A stretch of DNA of 53,656 nt, taken from a virus. Taxonomy: Duplodnaviria > Caudoviricetes. The position numbers and the translations under genes are program-made. This document shows, in pieces, positions 1 to 9,240 of this stretch (the stretch's first letter is position 1; the number at the start of each line of letters is the position of its first letter). The stretch covers positions 1-53,656 of the IMG/VR virus record IMGVR_UViG_3300023181_000009. The stretch is one strand, 5' to 3'. The notes under the pieces were generated by a model. It worked only from the letters and a program-made list of their open reading frames with translations. It did not search any database and was not told where the DNA came from.

Positions 1-127
1 CACAGGTAAAGGAGGCATAAATTATATACCTAACCATAAAGTTGAACACTGGTTTTTGTTTTCATTTAGAAACCACAACGACTACAGTATAAAAGACATT
101 AAAGTTTTTAAACATTGCTTAAACTAA
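1..127. repeat. Terminal direct repeat, copy 1 (circular assembly overlap)
   Basis: Identical to 53530-53656; 127 bp is a common assembler k-mer size. Confidence 0.95.
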
Positions 128-132
128 AAATC

Positions 133-297
133 ATGAACAAACAAGGAAACACATTACAGCACTATATTGATGTCTTAAAATGGGCTAAAACAGGTTTAAA
201 TGAAGCAGGATTATTATCTATTGCATCATTATGTTATGCGGATAACTTATACACATCGGAATGTATCGATAGGTGCAAAAAAATGTTTGTAGCTTAA
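133..297 (+). CDS. Hypothetical protein
   Basis: ORF 115..297; the ATG at 133 follows an A-rich leader and is the more likely start. Confidence 0.6.
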   Translation: MNKQGNTLQHYIDVLKWAKTGLNEAGLLSIASLCYADNLYTSECIDRCKKMFVA

Positions 298-325
298 AAT
301 AAAAACAACACTTAAAAACAATAAA

Positions 326-667
326 ATGGGAAACACAAAATTTACAAAAGAATACTTTATAAAAAAGTTTGAAGCAATCGATAGAAGTAAATTCACAACA
401 GGTAGTCTTGGCGTGGGCAAAGAGTGTAAATGTGCATTAGGTCATTGTGGTGTTACTGATTTAAATGAATTAGCTAAAACAGAAGAAGCTTATGCGTTAT
501 CCGTGATTCTTAAGCCTATTCATAATTCAATATTTGCATGGAAAGGGGATTGGATGCATCATGTTTACGATATAAACGATAATGCGGATAGTTTAGGCAC
601 GCACCCTAAAGAAAGAATACTAAAGGCATTAAGTATGGTTGAATATACTAAAAAAGCAACCGAATGA
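326..667 (+). CDS. Hypothetical protein
   Basis: ORF in a tightly packed operon; CKCALGHC motif. Confidence 0.7.
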   Translation: MGNTKFTKEYFIKKFEAIDRSKFTTGSLGVGKECKCALGHCGVTDLNELAKTEEAYALSVILKPIHNSIFAWKGDWMHHVYDINDNADSLGTHPKERILKALSMVEYTKKATE

Positions 668-945
668 GAACACTAAACGAACTTTACCTTTTGCTTTGGG
701 AGTATATAAAAGATATGGAAAGTTTAGATGATGGAATTTGCAACTTTATATTATGGATGCATGTACATTCACATAAAAACTTTAGGATTTCAGAAGAAGA
801 ATACAAGTTGCTTATACATCATTTAAAACAAAACAAACCTCCCCAAAAAGAATATCGTGCATGGTGGTTCCCTGATGGAGAAAAAGGCACTAAGCAAAGA
901 AAGGAATTTGTACTAAGTATGATTGAAAAAACAAAACAACAATAA
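664..945 (+). CDS. Hypothetical protein
   Basis: ATGA overlap with the previous gene. Confidence 0.7.
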   Translation: MRTLNELYLLLWEYIKDMESLDDGICNFILWMHVHSHKNFRISEEEYKLLIHHLKQNKPPQKEYRAWWFPDGEKGTKQRKEFVLSMIEKTKQQ

Positions 946-946
946 T

Positions 947-1279
947 ATGGAAAATAATAGTATTGGTAAAGTAACTGTAGGTTATGGAACACCCGAACAA
1001 AGAGAAATAGAAATAAAAGCGTTTTTACAAGCCAACTTTATAGATAATAGGCTAATCTCGGTTTCAGAAACAGAAAACGACGAGGGCTTTATATTATTAG
1101 TAGAGAATCCTAAATCAAGTGGGCGGCAAGGAGAAAATAAAATGTGGCTATCAAGAGATAGCTTTATAGGTTTATTGACTGTAATTAATCTATACACATT
1201 GAAGTACAATATCGATCCTGCAAAGGAATTAGAAGAAAAATATGGAAAAGATATTAACTTTAAATTTGCAAGCAGGTAA
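947..1279 (+). CDS. Hypothetical protein
   Basis: ORF 923..1279; likely start at ATG 947, just after the previous stop. Confidence 0.7.
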   Translation: MENNSIGKVTVGYGTPEQREIEIKAFLQANFIDNRLISVSETENDEGFILLVENPKSSGRQGENKMWLSRDSFIGLLTVINLYTLKYNIDPAKELEEKYGKDINFKFASR

Positions 1280-1281
1280 TC

Positions 1282-1728
1282 ATGGCATATCTTAACAACA
1301 CAAAGCCAGTATCACAATTAGATGACAACGGCAAAGTAATAAAAAAATACGACTGTATAAACCAGGCAGCTTTAGAACATAAAGTATCTGCTACATCAAT
1401 AGCTAATTGCATTGCCGGCCGCATAGGCAAATCAGCAGGTTTTAAATGGAAGCTACAACAAAAAAAGGTTGATGAAATTAAAAAGGCTTTAAGAAGCAAG
1501 GCAAAGACTGTAAGCAGGGATAACAGTATAGGTAATGTAGAGAATCTTAAAAACAAAATACAGGCTATTGATGCTTTACCTACTGCTAAACAAATGGAGC
1601 AAAACCGAAGCTTACAAGGTTGGGTTTACATGACAAAAGAAAAAACATCAAAACAGGTGCATCCTTCTAAAATTGAAAGTTTAATTAATGAGGGTTGGAA
1701 ACAAAGCAAAACTATTAAAGCAAATTAA
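1282..1728 (+). CDS. NUMOD1-type DNA-binding domain protein
   Basis: KPVSQLDDNGKVIKKYDCINQAA...SIANCIAG...AGFKWK is a typical NUMOD1 HTH; no nuclease motif seen. Confidence 0.7.
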   Translation: MAYLNNTKPVSQLDDNGKVIKKYDCINQAALEHKVSATSIANCIAGRIGKSAGFKWKLQQKKVDEIKKALRSKAKTVSRDNSIGNVENLKNKIQAIDALPTAKQMEQNRSLQGWVYMTKEKTSKQVHPSKIESLINEGWKQSKTIKAN

Positions 1729-1730
1729 TT

Positions 1731-2117
1731 ATGGAAAATAATATTGATAATAAAATTCGGTTCATGGGTCTATATTTAGGAACCGTAACCGTTAGACACC
1801 AAGCTTGGGAGACAAGAAAAACAGAAAAGTTAACATCTATAAGATTGCAGGATGAATATTATCTTGAACTAAAACCTCTTTCATCAATTACGGATGAAGA
1901 TGCTATTGAGGTGGCTAAAATACTTGGGTATGATTATTCAGATGAAGGTGATTATTTTACAACTGCAAGCAATTATTTAGAAAGATATTATTACAATCCT
2001 AAAGATACAAGTATAGGGGTGGTTGATTATCTGAGGTCACGTGGATATGCTTATTATTACATGGGTTTAGATGTTGATGAACAAATTGAATACGGGTGGA
2101 TTAAATTAGTAGAATAA
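1731..2117 (+). CDS. Hypothetical phage protein (LKPLS paralog family)
   Basis: LELKPLSSIT...DYLRSRGY; weakly similar to 4048, 44241 and 51588. Confidence 0.7.
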   Translation: MENNIDNKIRFMGLYLGTVTVRHQAWETRKTEKLTSIRLQDEYYLELKPLSSITDEDAIEVAKILGYDYSDEGDYFTTASNYLERYYYNPKDTSIGVVDYLRSRGYAYYYMGLDVDEQIEYGWIKLVE

Positions 2118-2266
2118 TGGTCTACACAGTAAAAAACAAAAACGAGGTTTACATATACATGAATGGAAACCTAATACATAAAACAAGGGTTAATAGTCCT
2201 CAATCGGGCGTAACATTTGATGTTATGGCTTATCGTAAAAATGATTCACTTAAAAGTATAAAATAA
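2117..2266 (+). CDS. Small hypothetical protein (49 aa, absent from the ORF track)
   Basis: MVYTVKNKNEVYIYMNG...; TAATG coupling at both ends. Confidence 0.65.
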   Translation: MVYTVKNKNEVYIYMNGNLIHKTRVNSPQSGVTFDVMAYRKNDSLKSIK

Positions 2267-2502
2267 TGGCAAAAGGTAAAAAAAGCCAAACTGATATAAA
2301 AGTGCAAGCTGAAAGAATGGATTACGCTATTAATAAGCTTATAGAGCATGATATAGAGTTTACAGCACTTGATGCCGCCACCATAGAAATAGATAACCAT
2401 AACGGCTTTAAAATACATTTTTTTCCATACACAGGGTGGCACACAGGAAAAGGCATAAAAGATGGGAGGGGATTACAAAACTTACTTAAACAATTGAAAT
2501 AA
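2266..2502 (+). CDS. Hypothetical protein
   Basis: Translationally coupled ORF; FFPYTGWHTGKGIKDGRGL motif. Confidence 0.7.
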   Translation: MAKGKKSQTDIKVQAERMDYAINKLIEHDIEFTALDAATIEIDNHNGFKIHFFPYTGWHTGKGIKDGRGLQNLLKQLK

Positions 2503-2840
2503 TGGACTACAACGAAAAGATAAAACAATTAGAGGCTGAAATCAAAGAGTTAAAAGATTTACAGGCTAAAGAGAATTTAAAGGGTGCTCCCGATGTTGTG
2601 GGTAAGTTCTTTAAGCCATTTGGTAATTGCGCTGTTAAAGTTATTTTTTTAAGGTCATGGGATAAAGATCATAATGACGTGAGTATAGATTGTGAATCTG
2701 TAAACATTAGTAAAGATTCAATAAGCATTGATTTAGATACTTTTTATAATGATATAAATTTAGGCGATGAAATAACAAAAGAGGAATATTACAAATGGTA
2801 TGATAAAGCCATTGAATTTATAAACAAATTAAAAATATAA
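2502..2840 (+). CDS. Hypothetical protein
   Basis: TAATG-coupled ORF with N-terminal coiled coil. Confidence 0.7.
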   Translation: MDYNEKIKQLEAEIKELKDLQAKENLKGAPDVVGKFFKPFGNCAVKVIFLRSWDKDHNDVSIDCESVNISKDSISIDLDTFYNDINLGDEITKEEYYKWYDKAIEFINKLKI

Positions 2841-2841
2841 T

Positions 2842-3168
2842 ATGTTAACAGGAAAAGCGAAAGAGGCATTTATATCATGGATGCATACAAAACCAAATTA
2901 CCCTTATTCAACTATATTTAATTTACCTATTGTAATTCAAACAGCTTTTATTATTGAATGGTTAGATACAGTTGGTTATTTAATACAAATAACTTTAGAT
3001 TATGATAAAATGTTTGAATACAATAGAGGTTTTGACTGGGAGTTAAGAATAGATAAAGGTGGTAAATATAATAATAATCGTGATTGTTTTGAAGATAGAG
3101 AAGAAGGATTAATAAATGCTATAAATAAGTCTAACGAAATATACAACCTAAACCATGAACCTATTTGA
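2842..3168 (+). CDS. Hypothetical protein
   Basis: ORF within the operon. Confidence 0.7.
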   Translation: MLTGKAKEAFISWMHTKPNYPYSTIFNLPIVIQTAFIIEWLDTVGYLIQITLDYDKMFEYNRGFDWELRIDKGGKYNNNRDCFEDREEGLINAINKSNEIYNLNHEPI

Positions 3169-3868
3169 TATCTCAATACCATTTATAGGATTTATAGCTT
3201 TAATATTCGCTTTAGTTCACAAGAATAAAAACAAGCGTTGGTTAGTTATGGAAGACCCGACAATTGAAAAATACGACCCTGTTTTAGATGGTTATATAAA
3301 AATAACTAAAGAGCATGCGGAACTATGTAATAAATTGCGTTTAAACCCCGAATTAGAGCCTGTATTGAGTTTAAAAATAAAAAGGCTAAGTGGCATAATA
3401 AGGGAGTACGACAATGCTTTAAAAAGGCAGAAAAAATATAATAAGAATACTTTTAATATGGCTGTATCAAAAAAACAAAGACAAATAATACATGATAAGT
3501 TTGGTGGTAAGTGCGCTTATTGCGGATGTGAATTAGTAAAGGGATGGCATGTAGATGAAATATTACCTATACGTAGGAATATCATTTATGATTATAATAA
3601 ACGAAAGTTTGTGCCTGATGGAACTTGTATGCATCCTGAAAGATTACACATAGACAATCAATATCCTGCATGCGCATCATGCAATATTAATAAACACTCT
3701 ATGTCTTTAGAAGATTTTAGAAATAGTATTACAGGCTTCATGAAACATTTAAATGAGTCATCTACACAATATAAAATAGCTAAACGCTATGGGTTGATAT
3801 ACGAAACAATTAAACCTATAATATTTTACTTCGAAGAATATGAAAAAACTATTAATACTAACATTTAG
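3155..3868 (+). CDS. HNH endonuclease (domain begins at ATG 3458) with an in-frame membrane-anchored N-terminal extension
   Basis: CAYCG...WHVDE..P...NQYPACASCNINK; N-terminal hydrophobic segment. Confidence 0.8.
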   Translation: MNLFDISIPFIGFIALIFALVHKNKNKRWLVMEDPTIEKYDPVLDGYIKITKEHAELCNKLRLNPELEPVLSLKIKRLSGIIREYDNALKRQKKYNKNTFNMAVSKKQRQIIHDKFGGKCAYCGCELVKGWHVDEILPIRRNIIYDYNKRKFVPDGTCMHPERLHIDNQYPACASCNINKHSMSLEDFRNSITGFMKHLNESSTQYKIAKRYGLIYETIKPIIFYFEEYEKTINTNI

Positions 3869-4028
3869 CTTAATTGTATTCACATCATGCACCAGGGACT
3901 GCGAACAAGAAGCAAAAGACCTCGATAAAACCTATTTAGAGGCTATACAACACACTAACGGCAATACGTATGCACTAAGAGATATAAAAAGACAATACGA
4001 AGCTGCAAAGGCTAATTTAGATTGTTAA
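3840..4028 (+). CDS. Small lipoprotein
   Basis: MKKLLILTFSLIVFTS-C lipobox; paralog of 8454..8660. Confidence 0.75.
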   Translation: MKKLLILTFSLIVFTSCTRDCEQEAKDLDKTYLEAIQHTNGNTYALRDIKRQYEAAKANLDC

Positions 4029-4047
4029 ACCTTAAAACAAAAAAAAC

Positions 4048-4536
4048 ATGACATTACAATTAGAACACATACAGGGGTATTTAGCGCATGGGTTAAAAGT
4101 TATTAGCGGTAACGGAAAATCATTAATTCGTGATGTTGTATTTGAACATCAAAAAAACTTAACTACAATAACTGTAAATAATTTGGTAAGTGGTATAGGT
4201 CACAAGCCCATCCTACGCAAATTAGACCTAACAAAAATCATTACAGTTAATGGCGTTGAAATTATACCCTTATTAGAATTGGCTGAAATTCACGATCCAA
4301 ATTCAGAATGGAATCTAAACGATATGTACCCTTTTGTATACTCGATGAGTTATGAATTTCAGTTTATAGAAGGTAACTTTTATATGAACGATAATTCAGA
4401 CGAAAGCCGTGGAATTAATAATCAACTACAACTATTTAAATGGCTATACGCTAATAAATTTGACGTTGAAGGTCTTGTTGATGCAGGACTGGCAATAGAT
4501 GCCCATACACTTGAAACAAACCCTTATAACAGCTAA
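4048..4536 (+). CDS. Hypothetical phage protein (paralog of 51588..52007)
   Basis: LEHIQGYLAHGLKV...KPILR...GLVDAGLAI. Confidence 0.75.
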   Translation: MTLQLEHIQGYLAHGLKVISGNGKSLIRDVVFEHQKNLTTITVNNLVSGIGHKPILRKLDLTKIITVNGVEIIPLLELAEIHDPNSEWNLNDMYPFVYSMSYEFQFIEGNFYMNDNSDESRGINNQLQLFKWLYANKFDVEGLVDAGLAIDAHTLETNPYNS

Positions 4537-4921
4537 AGAGATGATTTACTACAACAGCCCCGACCACAAAGAACAACGTGTTAACGTTAAGCCGCTTTCA
4601 TTAAATAGGATGAAGCTATTAATTACCAAATTAAATAAATATATACCAATAGAGGCAGATATAACAAGACCTTTATTGCAACGCCTTATTTGGGACTGGG
4701 AAAACCTATCACACATGAGGGAAACACAGCCTAAATGGATTGACGCGGATGTTAATTTACCTGAAATAGGTACAGTAGTTTTACTTTCATCTAATTTCAA
4801 AAGATATATGACAGGTTATTATGATGGATTTAATTTTATAAGTATGGATTACAGATATGATGAGCCTGCAATATGCGAGTTAATAACACATTGGATTCCT
4901 ATTAATAACCCAATAAAATAA
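4499..4921 (+). CDS. Protein with DUF551-like C-terminus
   Basis: KWIDADVNLPE...ITHWIPI; true start may be ATG 4541. Confidence 0.6.
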   Translation: MPIHLKQTLITAKEMIYYNSPDHKEQRVNVKPLSLNRMKLLITKLNKYIPIEADITRPLLQRLIWDWENLSHMRETQPKWIDADVNLPEIGTVVLLSSNFKRYMTGYYDGFNFISMDYRYDEPAICELITHWIPINNPIK

Positions 4922-4928
4922 CCCTACA

Positions 4929-4963
4929 GCCCCCTACCTATAAAAAGGATAGAGGGGTTTTTT
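4929..4963 (+). terminator. Intrinsic terminator
   Basis: CCCCT...AGGGG imperfect stem followed by T6. Confidence 0.65.
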
Positions 4964-4970
4964 AATTTAA

Positions 4971-5035
4971 TTACACTTTTGTGTAAAATAAATACAATAA
5001 AGCTTGTTTTGTATTTATACTTTTGTGTATATTTG
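4971..5035 (+). promoter_or_regulatory. Bacteroidota-type promoter (TATATTTG 5028-5035) with two operator-like boxes
   Basis: TAnnTTTG -7 box; TTACACTTTTGTGTAA (4971-4986) and TTATACTTTTGTGTAT (5015-5030). Confidence 0.7.
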
Positions 5036-5072
5036 CTACAGATAAAAACAACAACATTAAAAAAAAATTATC

Positions 5073-5315
5073 ATGACACTTCAAGAGTTTAAAAACATAC
5101 CCGCAACACGTAAAGGTTTAGATATATTGAATAAGGAATTTAACACTACAGGGGATAAATTTTACAACGAAGTGTCTAGAGAATTAAGAACAAACTTACA
5201 GCTTCCTACCTCAGTTAAAAAGATAATTGGCAAGTTTGATTTTGAGGCTTATTACAATAAAATAATATCAATACAAAAATTAGGTTATGGAAAAACAACA
5301 ATTCTCCCTTTTTGA
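5073..5315 (+). CDS. Hypothetical protein
   Basis: First ORF after the promoter. Confidence 0.7.
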   Translation: MTLQEFKNIPATRKGLDILNKEFNTTGDKFYNEVSRELRTNLQLPTSVKKIIGKFDFEAYYNKIISIQKLGYGKTTILPF

Positions 5316-5517
5316 TAATCCAAATTTACCCGAACTTAAAAGAAAGTTAGCGGGTAAATTATTTAATGAATATGTTTATAAAGAAAATTATACTAAGGAT
5401 AAGGCTTTAAAAGCGATTAGTAATTGTGTAGGCTCACATATTTTTGAAGTTATAATTAATGAATACGAGCCAGAAATAATTAAATTATTAAGAAGCGAAA
5501 TAGAACAAACTTATTAA
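5287..5517 (+). CDS. Hypothetical protein
   Basis: ORF within the operon. Confidence 0.65.
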   Translation: MEKQQFSLFDNPNLPELKRKLAGKLFNEYVYKENYTKDKALKAISNCVGSHIFEVIINEYEPEIIKLLRSEIEQTY

Positions 5518-5527
5518 AAAAATCATT

Positions 5528-5767
5528 ATGGCATCTGAAAATAAAGATAAACTTATTGATATAAGTCACGAAAAAATTATTAATTCTGCTTTAAATAAAA
5601 TAAAAAAATCATGTAATGAAATCACCAATATGGGTTATATTATTTATGTTGCTGAGCATGGTTCTTTTAATGTTATAAATAACTTAAGCAATAAATCAAG
5701 TGATTTAAATCAAAGTGATGTTGTGGCTAATATTCAGTTAGATAAAATAGATAGCGGAGCTTGGTAA
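5528..5767 (+). CDS. Hypothetical protein
   Basis: ORF within the operon. Confidence 0.65.
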   Translation: MASENKDKLIDISHEKIINSALNKIKKSCNEITNMGYIIYVAEHGSFNVINNLSNKSSDLNQSDVVANIQLDKIDSGAW

Positions 5768-5803
5768 TCAACATAGGAAAACTAAAAATTAATTAATACT
5801 TGC

Positions 5804-6154
5804 ATGAAAGATATACTTATTGAAATAATACGGCTATCTGGTTTAATAGATTTTGATTTTGCCGCTAAGGCAGGAATTGAACAATCAAGGATTTCAGAGT
5901 GGAAAAATGGCAAAAAAAATATAAAGTTTAATACTCTGCAAGAAATAGCAAACAAGGTAGGATACAGTATAGAATTAAGCATTGTAAAGCACGAAACAAT
6001 CTCACACAATGAAAGTGATATTAAAGAATTAAAAGCCAATATTAAGCCTTTAAATGAAGTTAAACATGGATGCAAATGTGAGATTAGAAACAAAATATTT
6101 TTCCGCGATAAAGCTTGCAAAAAAAGAAAAGAAGATCATAAACACTTAAGATAA
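5804..6154 (+). CDS. XRE-family HTH regulator
   Basis: DFAAKAGIEQSRISEWKNGKKNIKFNTLQEIA; C-terminal CKC...C...H cluster. Confidence 0.8.
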   Translation: MKDILIEIIRLSGLIDFDFAAKAGIEQSRISEWKNGKKNIKFNTLQEIANKVGYSIELSIVKHETISHNESDIKELKANIKPLNEVKHGCKCEIRNKIFFRDKACKKRKEDHKHLR

Positions 6155-6287
6155 AAAAAACATGAAAACAGAAACAATTACACCACTACAAACCAGGGGA
6201 CAGGCAATAAAAGAATACCTTAAAAACCCTACTACAGTAAATAGGCAAAAAGTTTTGAATGCTAATAAATGTTTAAACTAATAACAC

Positions 6288-6557
6288 ATGAGAACAGAAA
6301 TAAAATATTTAGGCTACGCTATTATTATCTTTTTATTTGCACTGTATTGTAAGTGCGTATTTATGAGTAGCAAAGATAGAATAGAGCAAGAAACTTTTGT
6401 GAATGTAGATTCTGATTATTTATCTACATCTGTATATAAAAATGGTAATATGGTAAAAATATGGAGTGATAAATTGCCCGCATCTGCTGATTCAATAAGT
6501 GCGCTTATTAATAATAGAAAAAAAGATGGCGAATTGATATTGAGAAAAATTAAATAA
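6288..6557 (+). CDS. Membrane-anchored hypothetical protein
   Basis: N-terminal hydrophobic helix. Confidence 0.65.
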   Translation: MRTEIKYLGYAIIIFLFALYCKCVFMSSKDRIEQETFVNVDSDYLSTSVYKNGNMVKIWSDKLPASADSISALINNRKKDGELILRKIK

Positions 6558-6565
6558 ATAAAACT

Positions 6566-6763
6566 ATGGATTGGAGTATAAAACAAACAGTAGTATCAGA
6601 TAACCATACCGTAATAATATTTACAGATGGTAAATGTACAGAAAGAACGTTTAGCGGAACTGTTATTAAAAATACTAAAGCTCCTGAATCAGTAGGAAGA
6701 TATATTGACTCTATATTTAAATGGGCTTACAAATCATGTATTATTAACGCAGAAATAATTTAA
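6566..6763 (+). CDS. Hypothetical protein
   Basis: ORF within the operon. Confidence 0.6.
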   Translation: MDWSIKQTVVSDNHTVIIFTDGKCTERTFSGTVIKNTKAPESVGRYIDSIFKWAYKSCIINAEII

Positions 6764-6767
6764 AATT

Positions 6768-6974
6768 ATGAGCACAACTGACAACTTAATTAAATTAAAA
6801 AAACATCCAGTAGTTAAAGCCGTACCTGAATTAAAAACGCTTGTTTTAGAGCTTGAAAAAACAATAATGAAAGATGCTAAAATAACAGGTAAGTATTCTG
6901 ACGCAAGATCCTTAATGACGGATGGTTTAGATTATGCGCAAGCTATGATTGAAGTAGGATTAATAAAACCATAA
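6768..6974 (+). CDS. Hypothetical protein
   Basis: ORF within the operon. Confidence 0.65.
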   Translation: MSTTDNLIKLKKHPVVKAVPELKTLVLELEKTIMKDAKITGKYSDARSLMTDGLDYAQAMIEVGLIKP

Positions 6975-6978
6975 ACAA

Positions 6979-7326
6979 ATGCAAAACACAACAGAGAGTA
7001 ATAAGATAATATCGGAGTTCATGGGATTCACAGAATATAATCACGGATCTTACAAAACCTTTTCTAAAGACAATAAAGATCATTTCTATGACAGCCAACT
7101 CCAATATGACAGGCTGTGGGAAAGATTAATGCCTGTAATAGACAAAATAGAATCATTGGGGTATAGTACAGAGTTGTATTCTTCTCAAAGAGATGGGTAC
7201 TTTTTTACTATAGGCAAATATGGGTCTACAACTGCTTTACATGATAGCCAAAGCGAATCAAGAATCGAATGTGTCTACAATGCAGTAGTAGAATTTATAA
7301 CAGAATACAATAAAACAAAAAAGTAA
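6979..7326 (+). CDS. Hypothetical phage protein
   Basis: NKIISEFMG...YDRLWERLMPVIDKIE...YNAVVEFI pattern, which I recall from Bacteroidota phages. Confidence 0.7.
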   Translation: MQNTTESNKIISEFMGFTEYNHGSYKTFSKDNKDHFYDSQLQYDRLWERLMPVIDKIESLGYSTELYSSQRDGYFFTIGKYGSTTALHDSQSESRIECVYNAVVEFITEYNKTKK

Positions 7327-7657
7327 AATGGATAGATATAGCAAACATTATTTGATAAAAATAATAGCAGCGATGCACGACACTATACAAGAATGGGATA
7401 ATGGATATGGATTGCCTGAACAAGAATATAATGCTTTAATTGAAGTTGGTGAGGCAGCATGTGATTATTGTAAAGATTTAAACGATTGGGATATATGAAT
7501 AAAAAAGCAATAGAGGAACTAACCAATTTGTATAAAAGAAACTTAATTAATAAATATACAGCTTTAAAAAGCTTCTGCCTTAAATGCGATATACTAACAA
7601 TCGAAGACTTTAGGGAAATTGAAAAAAATGTAAAATAAAAAAACAAAACACAACATC

Positions 7658-7936
7658 ATGGAAATAGAAAGATATATAAACGAATCAGGAGAAAAAAACG
7701 TTAAAATATGGAATACATCAGGCACAACAAATGAACTTGTCGCTGAAGTGTACCAAACAACTGCATGGGGATTTAAGACAGGTAAACAAGACCTGTATGC
7801 ACAAATATTTATTGATGCAATAGACATATTTAATAAATTCAACAAAGAGCCACTTGAAATGCTTAATGAGGTTAATATACTTAAAAGCAAAGTACATGAC
7901 TTAGAAGATGAAATTAACGCATTAAAAGAACAATAA
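7658..7936 (+). CDS. Hypothetical protein
   Basis: ORF with C-terminal coiled coil. Confidence 0.65.
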   Translation: MEIERYINESGEKNVKIWNTSGTTNELVAEVYQTTAWGFKTGKQDLYAQIFIDAIDIFNKFNKEPLEMLNEVNILKSKVHDLEDEINALKEQ

Positions 7937-7937
7937 A

Positions 7938-8156
7938 ATGATTGATATAACAAAATTAAATATTGTCTCTCCAATAAAAGCATTAGAGGACATTGTATCC
8001 CACGGAATTAAAAAAGGGGATATACTAATTGTAAAACAAAAAGGTTTTAGTGGTTGGGATAATTGCCATTATATTGAATGCAAAACCCCTTTAGGATATA
8101 CATTTGAAATATATAATGGACGTAACTTAGACAACATTAAGAAGTTTAGTCTATGA
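7938..8156 (+). CDS. Hypothetical protein
   Basis: ORF within the operon. Confidence 0.6.
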   Translation: MIDITKLNIVSPIKALEDIVSHGIKKGDILIVKQKGFSGWDNCHYIECKTPLGYTFEIYNGRNLDNIKKFSL

Positions 8157-8452
8157 TATTCCCTTTTATACCGTATTACATGCTAATGAAACAGGTAATA
8201 TACAGGAAGCATAGCAATGAATTAATAAGTTTTAACTTGACTAAAAAAGAAAAAATAATAATCCTTTCAATAGTTGGGATATGGTTTATATCTATTTTCA
8301 TATTATTACATAAACCGTTTAATCATGATTACAGGAATAAACAGAAGTATTACCAACTTAGTAGGGAAGCCTATATAAACAAAGACTTTATTAAGCAACA
8401 ACAATATAACGATAGCTTTTATAAATACCAGGAAATTGTAAAAAAACAATAA
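8153..8452 (+). CDS. Membrane protein
   Basis: IIILSIVGIWFISIFILL transmembrane segment. Confidence 0.6.
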   Translation: MIFPFIPYYMLMKQVIYRKHSNELISFNLTKKEKIIILSIVGIWFISIFILLHKPFNHDYRNKQKYYQLSREAYINKDFIKQQQYNDSFYKYQEIVKKQ

Positions 8453-8453
8453 T

Positions 8454-8660
8454 ATGAAACGAATAACCCTATTTATAGCCATTCTAACGCTGTTATCATG
8501 CAGCAATGAAGAAACAGACTGTACAGCCGCTAAAAACGAAATAACGGCACGCTTTGAAACTCAATTGGAAGATGAAAGAAAACATCATCCAGTAGACTAC
8601 GATAAAATATCCTTGCTAATCCAGGAACGTGATAACCTAATCGATAACGCTTGTAATTAA
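8454..8660 (+). CDS. Small lipoprotein
   Basis: MKRITLFIAILTLLS-C lipobox; paralog of 3840..4028. Confidence 0.75.
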   Translation: MKRITLFIAILTLLSCSNEETDCTAAKNEITARFETQLEDERKHHPVDYDKISLLIQERDNLIDNACN

Positions 8661-8805
8661 ATGAAATGTTCAGAAATACAACCAGACAGGATAATGTATG
8701 TTCCTACGTACAACTATATAATGTGTGAAAGCATACGTAAATATAAAATAAAAAAATACTTAATTGAAAACGGTGTAAGTAAAGAGAATGCTGTTAAGAT
8801 AGTTA

Positions 8806-9225
8806 ATGTTAAATTTGGATTATAAAATGGAAGAAAATTTAATCTCATTTCAAACCGCAAAGCTTGCTAAGGAAAAAGGGTTTAACATATCAACAGCATA
8901 TTGTTTTGATACTTCAATAGTAGATTACAAACTCGGCGCTATTGCAAACCCAGAATTTAATTGGAACACAGATACTCATGATGAAGATGGGGAATTATTT
9001 AGCTGTCCTACTCAAAGCCTACTACAAAAGTGGATAAGAAGTAAAGGAATAGCAGTAGACGTATATAGCGAACTATACTGCCAAAGATTTCAATTTAAAG
9101 TTGATATGATAGCTTTATTTGAATTAACACCCGACAACTATTCTTTGCATTTGCCGGATGCTTATACAACCTATGAGTTTGCACTCGAAGCAGGACTTAT
9201 TGAAGCACTTAAATTAATACCATAA
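8806..9225 (+). CDS. Hypothetical phage protein
   Basis: ISFQTAKLAKEKGF...CPTQSLLQKWIR...YEFALEAGLIEALKL; likely start at the internal Met (MEENL). Confidence 0.7.
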   Translation: MLNLDYKMEENLISFQTAKLAKEKGFNISTAYCFDTSIVDYKLGAIANPEFNWNTDTHDEDGELFSCPTQSLLQKWIRSKGIAVDVYSELYCQRFQFKVDMIALFELTPDNYSLHLPDAYTTYEFALEAGLIEALKLIP

Positions 9226-9232
9226 TATTTAC

Positions 9233-9240
9233 TACATTTG
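9233..9240 (+). promoter_or_regulatory. Promoter -7 box for the packaging operon
   Basis: TACATTTG upstream of terS. Confidence 0.6.

Noticed and set aside
1-127. Biological direct terminal repeats
   Set aside because: The length equals a common assembly k-mer and the repeat starts mid-gene, so an assembly overlap of a circular or permuted genome is more likely
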